In this document: one piece after another, positions 26,800-34,739 of the stretch
How the letters are laid out: each line of letters starts with the position of its first letter
Position numbering within the stretch: the first letter of the stretch is position 1
NCBI GenBank assembly: GCA_043811535.1
Contig: JBDRNC010000001.1
Span: 1 to 34,739 of the forward strand
DNA: 34,739 nucleotides
DNA from: Elusimicrobiota bacterium
GTDB lineage: Bacteria; Elusimicrobiota; Endomicrobiia; Endomicrobiales; JBDRNC01
Direction of reading: 5' to 3'
Position numbers and translations under genes: made by a program
Notes under the pieces: model-generated
Seen by the model: only the letters and a program-made list of their open reading frames with translations
Database searches by the model: none
Told to the model about the DNA's origin: nothing

Positions 26800-27755
26800 A
26801 GAGAATTGCAGTAATAACATCGGGGGGAGACGCGCCGGGAATGAATGCGGCGGTGCGCGCGGTGGTGCGCGAAGCCATTTATAGCGGTTTGGAAGTGTTG
26901 GGCGTGCAGCGCGGGTATAAAGGCCTGCTGGAAAACCAACTCATACGCCTTTCTTTGCGTTCCGTCAGCGGCATCATTAACCGCGGCGGCACTATACTCA
27001 AAACGGGCCGCTGCCCCGAGATGAAAACCGCCGCAGGATTGAAGAAAGCCGTAAAAAATCTGAAAAATAACGGCATAGAAGGCCTGGTCGGGATAGGCGG
27101 AGACGGTTCGTTGAAAGCGGCTATGGCAATAAGCAATCACGGAATACCGGCGGTAAGCATACCCGCTTCGATAGACAACGATGTTTACGGCACGGATGAG
27201 ACCATCGGGTTTGACACTGCGATGGATACCGCGGTTGAAGCCATAGACAAGATAAGGGATACAGCGGCAAGCCATGAACGGATATTCATCGTTGAAGTTA
27301 TGGGCCGCGAGCACGGATTTCTAGCGCTGTCTATCGGGCTGGCCTCGGGAGCCGAATTTATCCTCATACCCGAAGTTAAATATAACACGGAAAAGATCTG
27401 CGCCCAGCTTAAAAGGGATTATCACAAGGGGAAAACCTCGGTAATTATCGTTTTTGCGGAAGGCGTGGGTAATCCTTATGAACTTGCGGAAAAAATAAAT
27501 AAGCGCATCGGCATTGATGTGAGAGTAAGTTCGCTCGGCTATATTCAGAGAGGCGGAACTCCTCAGGCCCGCTCGCGCATACTTGCCTGCATGTACGGGG
27601 CGCATGCCGTAAAACTGCTGTTGAAGAAGAAGACAAACCGCCTTGTTGTTCTGAAGGACGGGAAAGTGACCGACATACCGTTTTCAATGGTTCTGAATAA
27701 CGAGAAAAAAATCAACATGTCGCTGTATAAACTGGCGATGGAACTTTCCATATAA
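26796..27755 (+). CDS. pfkA: ATP-dependent 6-phosphofructokinase
   Basis: TSGGDAPGMN, GGDGS, SIDND, EVMGR, LGYIQRGG. Confidence 0.96.
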   Translation: MKRIAVITSGGDAPGMNAAVRAVVREAIYSGLEVLGVQRGYKGLLENQLIRLSLRSVSGIINRGGTILKTGRCPEMKTAAGLKKAVKNLKNNGIEGLVGIGGDGSLKAAMAISNHGIPAVSIPASIDNDVYGTDETIGFDTAMDTAVEAIDKIRDTAASHERIFIVEVMGREHGFLALSIGLASGAEFILIPEVKYNTEKICAQLKRDYHKGKTSVIIVFAEGVGNPYELAEKINKRIGIDVRVSSLGYIQRGGTPQARSRILACMYGAHAVKLLLKKKTNRLVVLKDGKVTDIPFSMVLNNEKKINMSLYKLAMELSI

Positions 27756-27759
27756 CGGC

Positions 27760-27841
27760 ATTACAGATTACACATTACAAATTACAAATTTGACGACTTA
27801 GAAGTATTTAATCTGTAATTTGTAATCTGCAATTTGTAATT
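27760..27841. repeat. Inverted heptamer array hairpin, family E (ATTACAA / TTGTAAT)
   Basis: attacag attacac attacaa attacaa ... aatctgt aatttgt aatctgc aatttgt aat. Confidence 0.85.
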
Positions 27842-27859
27842 AAAATACCGGAGGTAGCT

Positions 27860-28333
27860 ATGGACTTAACGACGCAGGATCTTGCGTGGGCAAAAGAAAC
27901 TCTCAGGAACAACGACATCTTTTCAAATTGCACAGAGGCTGAAATAACCGAGCTCTCGAACGGCATGGAAAAACAGTGCTATAACCAGGGCCAGACGGTG
28001 CTTTTTCAGGGGGAGATATCCAGCCGGCTGTGCATGGTCCAGAGCGGCAAGGTTTCCGTATGGGTGCGTAAAAACAAAGATAAAACTAAGGTGGCGGAAC
28101 TGGGAACAGGCGCTGTTTTCGGAGAGATATCGCTTATGACGCCAAGGGCCGCGACCGCCACAATAAAATCGGAAGAAACAACGGAGATAGTTTTTCTGTC
28201 CGGAGAGATAGTGCAGGCGATGGCAAAGAAAACCCCTTCATTTTCGGAAACAATAAACAAAAAAATTGAAGAACACCTGGCAAAAAGTAAACAGGCGGTT
28301 GAAGATAAACAGTCCGGAAAGGATAAGAAGTAA
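27860..28333 (+). CDS. Stand-alone cyclic nucleotide-binding domain protein
   Basis: GKVSV and FGEISL..PRAAT phosphate-binding cassette; no helix-turn-helix. Confidence 0.88.
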   Translation: MDLTTQDLAWAKETLRNNDIFSNCTEAEITELSNGMEKQCYNQGQTVLFQGEISSRLCMVQSGKVSVWVRKNKDKTKVAELGTGAVFGEISLMTPRAATATIKSEETTEIVFLSGEIVQAMAKKTPSFSETINKKIEEHLAKSKQAVEDKQSGKDKK

Positions 28334-28339
28334 AACTAA

Positions 28340-28412
28340 CGTATCTCGGGACTCGTATCTAGCATCTCGAAAAGAACTAGAAACGGGACGAGTCACGAGG
28401 TGCGAGATACGA
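28340..28412. repeat. Inverted heptamer array hairpin, family B
   Basis: gtatctc gggactc gtatcta gcatctc ... gagtcac gaggtgc gagatac gag. Confidence 0.8.
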
Positions 28413-28426
28413 GGAACGATATTTAA

Positions 28427-29584
28427 ATGAGCGAAGCATTAGATAAAATAAAGCGCGGCATAGTCGAACTTATATCCGAAGACGAACTTAAGAAAAAGCT
28501 TTCAAAGAAAAAGCCTCTCAGGGTGAAACTGGGCGTGGACCCCACGGCGCCGGATATCCATCTGGGGCATACCGTCACGCTGAATAAACTCAAAACATTC
28601 CAGGAACTCGGCCATCAGGTAGTTTTCATCATAGGAGATTTCACGACGCGAATAGGCGATCCGTCAGGACGTTCCGAGGCGCGTCCGGTGTTGTCGGAAG
28701 AAGAGATCCTGCAGAACTGCAAGACCTATGAAGAGCAGGTCTTCAAGATACTGGATAAGGATAAAACAGAGGTAGTTTATAATTCAAGCTGGTTCTATCC
28801 GCTGGGAATAGACGGCCTGCTGCAGCTTGCCCGCAAGTACACCGTCGCGCGCATGCTTGAACGCGACGATTTTGAAAAAAGATACAAGAGCGGCAGCCCG
28901 ATATCAATAGTTGAATTCCTCTATCCGCTGCTCCAGGGCTACGATTCGGTCGCGGTCAAAGCCGACATTGAAATAGGCGGCAACGACCAGAAATTCAATC
29001 TGCTCGTGGGAAGGGACCTGCAGCAGGATTTCGGGCAGGAACCGCAGGTCGTGATAACTCTTCCTCTTCTTGAGGGAACCGACGGCGTCAAGAAAATGTC
29101 TAAATCATATGGGAACTATATAGCGCTGAACGACTCGCCGAAAGACATTTTCGGCAAGACGATGTCCATTTCCGACGATCTAATGTACAAGTATTACGAA
29201 TTGCTAACGGGCTACGATATAAAAAAGGTCAGAGATATGCACCCGCGCGACGCCAAGGAACGGCTTGCCAAGGATCTGACCGTGCGGTTTCACGGCAAGG
29301 AAGCCGCAGAGAAAGCCTGCGAGGAATTCAAGTGCGTTTTCGCGAATAAAGACCTCCCCGGGGATATTGAGGAGTACTGCGTTGACTGCTCCGAAATACA
29401 GCTTTCGGACCTTCTCGTGAATGCCGGCCTTGTTTCCAGCAAGAACGAAGCGCGCCGCCTTATGGAACAGGGCGGAGTTAAAATAGCGGGTGAGAAGATT
29501 GGCGCGGATAAGAAAGTTTCCATAGGAAAAGACTGCATAGTTCAGGTAGGAAAAAGGAAATTCAGGAAAATTGTTATTAAATAA
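28427..29584 (+). CDS. tyrS: Tyrosine--tRNA ligase
   Basis: [30 protein letters not shown]-terminal S4 domain. Confidence 0.97.
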   Translation: MSEALDKIKRGIVELISEDELKKKLSKKKPLRVKLGVDPTAPDIHLGHTVTLNKLKTFQELGHQVVFIIGDFTTRIGDPSGRSEARPVLSEEEILQNCKTYEEQVFKILDKDKTEVVYNSSWFYPLGIDGLLQLARKYTVARMLERDDFEKRYKSGSPISIVEFLYPLLQGYDSVAVKADIEIGGNDQKFNLLVGRDLQQDFGQEPQVVITLPLLEGTDGVKKMSKSYGNYIALNDSPKDIFGKTMSISDDLMYKYYELLTGYDIKKVRDMHPRDAKERLAKDLTVRFHGKEAAEKACEEFKCVFANKDLPGDIEEYCVDCSEIQLSDLLVNAGLVSSKNEARRLMEQGGVKIAGEKIGADKKVSIGKDCIVQVGKRKFRKIVIK

Positions 29585-29635
29585 GCGATCAGCAATTAGC
29601 AATTGGCAATTAGTAAAAAGTCTTTACTAATTGCT
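29585..29635. repeat. Inverted heptamer array hairpin, family F (AGCAATT / AATTGCT)
   Basis: agcgatc agcaatt agcaatt ggcaatt agtaaa-aagtc-tttact aattgct. Confidence 0.75.
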
Positions 29636-29655
29636 TGAAAAATAAGGAGGTTCAT

Positions 29656-30270
29656 ATGTCACGGTTCAGAAAAGTTTTCAGCTACGCGGCGTGTTTTGCG
29701 CTAGCGCTCGTTTTGTCGTCCTGCGCGACCACGCCGAAGGTCACGCGCGTCGACGTCGGCCAGCAGATAGACCTCAGCGGTCTTTGGAACGACACCGATT
29801 CGCAGATGGTATCGGCGGAAATGATAAAGGATGTCCTTTCGAGGCCGTGGATAGACAATTTCACCGCCAAGAAACAGGAACAACCGCGCGTGATAGTCGG
29901 CACGATAATCAACAAGAGCCACGAACACATAAATACCGAGACTTTCACGAAAGACCTTGAACGCGAACTAATAAATTCGGGCAGGGTGGTATTTGTCGCG
30001 TCAAAAGAAGAACGCGGCGAATTGCGCGACGAGAAAGTCGACCAGGCGCAGAACGCCAGCCTTGAAACGGCAAAATCGGCCGGGCAGGAATCCGGGGCCG
30101 ATTACATGCTGAAAGGCACGATCAACACGATACTTGACCAGGCCGGCAAGATGCAGGTCAGGTATTACCAGGTAAACCTTGAGCTTATCAACATACTCAC
30201 CAACGAAAAGGCCTGGATAGGCGAAAAGAAGATAAAGAAAGAGATAAAACGCCCAAGCACGAAACTATAA
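29656..30270 (+). CDS. LpoB-like (penicillin-binding protein activator / CsgG-like) lipoprotein
   Basis: Lipobox LSSC, DLSGLWNDTD, NKSHEHI, GADYML.G.I, AWIGEKKIKK; ATG at 29656 after AAGGAGG. Confidence 0.8.
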   Translation: MSRFRKVFSYAACFALALVLSSCATTPKVTRVDVGQQIDLSGLWNDTDSQMVSAEMIKDVLSRPWIDNFTAKKQEQPRVIVGTIINKSHEHINTETFTKDLERELINSGRVVFVASKEERGELRDEKVDQAQNASLETAKSAGQESGADYMLKGTINTILDQAGKMQVRYYQVNLELINILTNEKAWIGEKKIKKEIKRPSTKL

Positions 30271-30283
30271 TAAAGAGAATAAC

Positions 30284-30352
30284 GACGGCTAGATGGTTGT
30301 ATGGCCGTATGGCTGTCAACCGTTTAGCCGTTTAGCTATTTAACAATTTAAC
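30284..30352. repeat. Inverted 8-mer array hairpin, family A
   Basis: gacggcta gatggttg tatggccg tatggctg ... caaccgtt tagccgtt tagctatt taacaatt. Confidence 0.8.
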
Positions 30353-30377
30353 TTTTACTCTTCCATAACATCCTTCC

Positions 30378-31814
30378 ATGAAAAATATCTGCAGACACGC
30401 GTTATTAGTTTTTTTTGCTTTCCTGATATCCTCCTGCGCGACGACCACGCGCTATTATACCGACCTTGACATTCTGGTCCGGAATGAAAATTATCAGGGC
30501 GCCGCCGATTTCGCGGAAAAATCGAAATTATCGGCGTACGGCGAAAAAAACGCCCTCTTGTACTGGCTTGACCGCGGCATGCTGTTGCATCTTGCCGGGC
30601 AATATTCCGCAAGCAGCGAGGCGTTTGAAAGAGCAAAAACCATCTCCGAAGAATATTTCACAAAAAGCATAACAGCCGAGGCGTCAACCCTGCTGGTCAG
30701 CGATAACATGCGCCCGTACTACGGCGAGGATTTTGAGCGCGCGCTGATAAACGTGTTCGGCGCGCTGAATTATATTTTCCTGGAAAATGAACCCGAAGCT
30801 GTCGTAGAGGCAAAGCAGGTTGATTTTTTCCTTACGACGCTGCAGACAAAATACGGATACAAGGGCGTGTACAAGGAAGACGCTTTCGCGCGCTATCTGA
30901 TGGGGATGATTTACGAGAACCAGGGACAGCTAAACGACGCCTGTATTTCGTACGCGAAAGCGCTGGAGGCCTACGAGCAGTATGAAAGCGCGTATTTCGT
31001 TCCGGTCCCCCAGATGCTGGTCAAGGACGCTCTCAGGTGCGCCGCCAAACTTGGCATAACGGACGACGTGCGCGAACTCGAGAAGAAATGGGAGATTCAG
31101 ATTGACGACGCTCCGTGGCTTCCGAAAGGTTCGGGCGAGCTTGTTATTCTGGATTACAACGGCATGTCGCCTGTCAAGATAGACAGTATTTTTGAAATAA
31201 GCTTCGGCAGGGCGTGGATCTACGTGGGAGAAGCGGAACCGGAAGGCGAAGAAGAGGAGCAGGTTGAACAGGCGCGGGCGATCGCGAGGAATATCCTTTC
31301 GGAAGAACAGGTGCGCATGGCCTTCCCGAAATACGTGAGTTCTCCGTACGCCATTTCGGAGTTCAGCGCGGAAGCAGGCGGGCTGGATTCAGTTTCGCGC
31401 GCGTCGTCCAGAGGCGTGCTTGTCGAGAACATCGGAGGAATAGCGGTTAAATCTCTTGAAGACCGCGTTGACAGAATAAGGATAAGGACCATAATCCGTG
31501 CGGCCATTAAGTTCGCGCTGACGCATAAGATAGCCCAGAAAGTAGAAGAAAACAACCAGAACGAGGTGTTGACGTGGCTCGTAAAAAAAAGCCTGTCGGT
31601 CGCTTCCGCCGCGACGGAACTCGCGGACAAGAGAAGCTGGCGTTCGCTTCCGGACAGAATACTCATGGCCAGGCTGGTCCTGCCCGAAGGCGCGCATGAC
31701 GTGGATTTGACTTTCACTGATAATAGCGGTAGAATAATACTCCGGAAGACGCTTCAGGATGTCCGGATAAGACCCGGAAAAAAGACATTTGCGGTGGTAA
31801 GAACGGCAATATAA
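30378..31814 (+). CDS. COG3014-like TPR-containing lipoprotein
   Basis: Lipobox ISSC, LLYWLDRG, PYYGEDFE, ADKRSWRSLP. Confidence 0.8.
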   Translation: MKNICRHALLVFFAFLISSCATTTRYYTDLDILVRNENYQGAADFAEKSKLSAYGEKNALLYWLDRGMLLHLAGQYSASSEAFERAKTISEEYFTKSITAEASTLLVSDNMRPYYGEDFERALINVFGALNYIFLENEPEAVVEAKQVDFFLTTLQTKYGYKGVYKEDAFARYLMGMIYENQGQLNDACISYAKALEAYEQYESAYFVPVPQMLVKDALRCAAKLGITDDVRELEKKWEIQIDDAPWLPKGSGELVILDYNGMSPVKIDSIFEISFGRAWIYVGEAEPEGEEEEQVEQARAIARNILSEEQVRMAFPKYVSSPYAISEFSAEAGGLDSVSRASSRGVLVENIGGIAVKSLEDRVDRIRIRTIIRAAIKFALTHKIAQKVEENNQNEVLTWLVKKSLSVASAATELADKRSWRSLPDRILMARLVLPEGAHDVDLTFTDNSGRIILRKTLQDVRIRPGKKTFAVVRTAI

Positions 31815-31818
31815 TAAA

Positions 31819-31902
31819 TATGGTTATATTGCTGAATGGCTAAATGGTTAAAAGAACAGAATTGTTTTTCAGGCAATTTAGCAATATAGCCATTTAATAA
31901 TT
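31819..31902. repeat. Inverted 8-mer array hairpin, family A
   Basis: tatggtta tattgctg aatggcta aatggtta ... aggcaatt tagcaata tagccatt. Confidence 0.85.
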
Positions 31903-31914
31903 TTAGAGGTATAA

Positions 31915-32943
31915 ATGAAAAAATTCCTTTTAGTTTCAGGTATAATGTTCTGTTTCAGCGCAAATGTTTTCAGCGCCAAAGCCCCGGATTGGCTCAACGG
32001 CTCGAGCAAGCAATTCCCGGACAAGGACTATATAATAGGTGTCGGAATCGCCCAGAACCTGGACAACGCGCGCTCGAATGCCCGGGCGGAGATAGCCAAG
32101 ATATTCAGGGTGACCATAAGCCAGGTTTCAGAGAGCAGCCAGAGCGAAACAACGAGCGTGAAAGAAAGGGCAGTCAAATCTTTCGGCGAGGCAAAAAGCG
32201 AATCAAAAACGAGAGTTTCCACCGATGAAGTCATCCAAGGAATAAAGATCGCACAGACATATTTTGACAAAAAAAAGAAAACGTATTACGCGCTTGCGAC
32301 ATTAGATAAGAAGAAGGCGCGCGCGATGCTTTCCGACCAAATAGCCGGGCAGGAAGCGATAATAAACAACGGCTTGATGGGCGCGATGCAGAGCGAATCG
32401 GCCGTAGAAAAAGTAAGGTTCCTGACCGCGGCAAATGACGCCTTTGACAAGGAAGAAGAGCTTGTTTCTAAAAGAAAGATAGTGGACCCCATAAGCGTGC
32501 CGGAGATATCGGCTCTTCCTCGGGAGGCGCTGAGGGCCAAACTTGACGTGGCAAAGTCAAAAGTGATTTTCATTGTAAATTCAAGCGATAATGATAATTT
32601 AAAGTCAGCCATAAGCGAGCGGATAACCAGACTTGGGTTTAAAATAGCGCCGGTAGATTCTGCTAATAAATATGCTGATAATACAATTATTTATGTAAAA
32701 TGCGCTCTTAGCGTTGAACCGGCAGAACGCAATAATCCCACTTGGAAATTCTACAACTGGAGCGGCACATACAGCATTTCAGAAGGCTCAGAGAGTGGAA
32801 AAGTTGTGGCTGCGGCTGAAAAGAGGGGGCAGGTATCGCAACTCAATGAAGAGGCCTCTAAGGACAAGGGGATTGTTTTAGGGGGGCAGGAGCTGGCGCT
32901 GGCAGTTGGACAGGCAATCAGGCAATATATGTTTGGAAAATAG
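31915..32943 (+). CDS. LPP20-family exported protein
   Basis: PDWL, YIIGVG.A, ARSNARAEIA, YYALATLD. Confidence 0.75.
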   Translation: MKKFLLVSGIMFCFSANVFSAKAPDWLNGSSKQFPDKDYIIGVGIAQNLDNARSNARAEIAKIFRVTISQVSESSQSETTSVKERAVKSFGEAKSESKTRVSTDEVIQGIKIAQTYFDKKKKTYYALATLDKKKARAMLSDQIAGQEAIINNGLMGAMQSESAVEKVRFLTAANDAFDKEEELVSKRKIVDPISVPEISALPREALRAKLDVAKSKVIFIVNSSDNDNLKSAISERITRLGFKIAPVDSANKYADNTIIYVKCALSVEPAERNNPTWKFYNWSGTYSISEGSESGKVVAAAEKRGQVSQLNEEASKDKGIVLGGQELALAVGQAIRQYMFGK

Positions 32944-33097
32944 TGCCCTAGGGTATTTCATACCCTTACGGGTACTTCGATAAAGTAAATTAAGGTTGGT
33001 CGCATACGGCAATTTAATAAAAACACTTAAGACCGGTGTCAATACCCTTCGGGTATTTCACATACGGCAATTTAATAAAAACACTTAAGGTGTTCAA
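32944..33097 (+). mobile_element. Nested and tandem hairpin-tail mini-elements, including a 42-bp unit at 32961-33002
   Basis: Three T(A/G)CCC-N-GGGTA hairpins; a 29-bp direct repeat CATACGGCAATTTAATAAAAACACTTAAG at 33003-33031 and 33061-33089. Confidence 0.65.
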
Positions 33098-33109
33098 GGA
33101 GGAAAGTGT

Positions 33110-33646
33110 ATGAAAAGTCTATCTGTTTTAGGTTTGGCAGTATTATTTGTTTTAAGCGGATGCGCTTCAGCGCCCAAGAAACCCGATTGGATCATGAAGG
33201 GCAGCGGAGCATTTAAAAGCGATAAAAAGGTGCTTCACGGTGTAGGTATCGCCGAGAATATAACCTCCGAAGCGCTTCGCCGGCAGACGGCCGATAATCG
33301 CGCCATAGCCGAGGTTTCAAAACAGCTTTCTGTAATGTCCACGTCTATGATGCGCGACTATATGGCTTCGACGTCAGTCACCGAACAGGAAAAAGCGAGC
33401 GGCGAACAATACGTGGAAAACACAGTTAAAACCTTCGCGTCAAACACGGTCAGCGGCATCAAGATAGTTGACCGCTGGGATGACGGCAAGAAAACTTACT
33501 CGCTTGCGGAACTTAACGTAGATGACCTGAAAGCGCTGTCTGAAAAAGTTAATGAGCTCAGCGCGCAGGTCAAAGAATACATAATAGAAAACGCCGAAAT
33601 GGCTTTTGACAAGCTTGAAGCCGAACAGGCAAAAAGCGCGAAATAG
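33110..33646 (+). CDS. LPP20-family lipoprotein
   Basis: Lipobox LSGC, PDWI, GVGIA, ADNRAIAEV; SD AAGGAGG. Confidence 0.8.
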   Translation: MKSLSVLGLAVLFVLSGCASAPKKPDWIMKGSGAFKSDKKVLHGVGIAENITSEALRRQTADNRAIAEVSKQLSVMSTSMMRDYMASTSVTEQEKASGEQYVENTVKTFASNTVSGIKIVDRWDDGKKTYSLAELNVDDLKALSEKVNELSAQVKEYIIENAEMAFDKLEAEQAKSAK

Positions 33647-33760
33647 TCGTTAATTTATCATACTGAATTTGAAATATTTTTTAAGCGCGCGGCGCGCGGC
33701 GGCTTTTTTCCGACGGGAAAAACAACGCAAAACACAGAAAAAATATTTTTTACTACCCTA

Positions 33761-33789
33761 TTGACAAAATTTTGAAAGTATACTATAAT
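33761..33789 (+). promoter_or_regulatory. rRNA operon promoter (perfect sigma70 consensus with an AT-rich UP-like region)
   Basis: TTGACA (33761-33766), 17-bp spacer, TATAAT (33784-33789). Confidence 0.9.
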
Positions 33790-34069
33790 CTGTGGACCAG
33801 ACAGGTAAAGGTCTGGCCTGTTCGTTTAAATGACACACATGAAAGGAGGGAGGCAACCAGCTTTATTTCAGTGAAGTAAGCAGGTTAAGCCTACCTAAGC
33901 CCACTGGGCCTTCGCGTACCTCCTAGTTTTTACCGCAAACAGATTCTTTAACTTAATAGTTGTTAACATCTTGTTAGCACTTTGCTAATATGGCGACTCT
34001 TGTCGTTTTGTGGCTAAGTGCATTGAGATATTTTTATTCCCTGAAAGGGATTTGAAAGCTTTTTAAACG

Positions 34070-34080
34070 GTTCTTTGACA
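34070..34080 (+). promoter_or_regulatory. rrn antitermination boxA-like site
   Basis: GTTCTTTGACA resembles GCTCTTTAACA and lies in the 16S leader. Confidence 0.65.
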
Positions 34081-34200
34081 GGAACACTTATATGTAAGCT
34101 TACAGCGCGGTCAGGTAAGCGCCCCTATTGAGGTGCTTAACCTTAGACCAAACATGATTAAAGAAGTACAAATTAGAGCCACAAAAGCTCTATGGATTTA

Positions 34201-34739
<539 letters not shown>

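Overview
Bacterial chromosomal window in which every credible gene is on the + strand. It starts with two parS palindromes and a parA-parB pair, which suggests it lies near the replication origin. Next come an O-antigen-ligase/TPR gene, a small AT-rich insert and secreted carbohydrate-active enzymes (clan GH-A/CBM, GH30-like, GH144-like). Housekeeping genes follow (deaD, yajQ, dgkA, pfkA, tyrS), then an LpoB/COG3014/LPP20 lipoprotein cluster and the start of an rRNA operon. The 16S fragment looks chimeric: the 5' part tentatively resembles Elusimicrobiota and the V3 region resembles Betaproteobacteria. The most unusual signal is intergenic. (1) A family of 42-72 bp 'hairpin + YKTCR + AT-rich tail' units stacks in tandem and nests without target duplication; at deaD and yajQ the units sit between the A and TG of the start codon and supply a new Shine-Dalgarno and the first base of the codon. 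(2) At least 15 intergenic hairpins are built from inverted arrays of 7-, 8- or 9-mers, and one appears to enclose a 1.3 kb cargo. (3) A 270 bp MITE interrupts a C_GCAxxG_C_C gene. All product calls come from motif recognition by eye, not from database searches.
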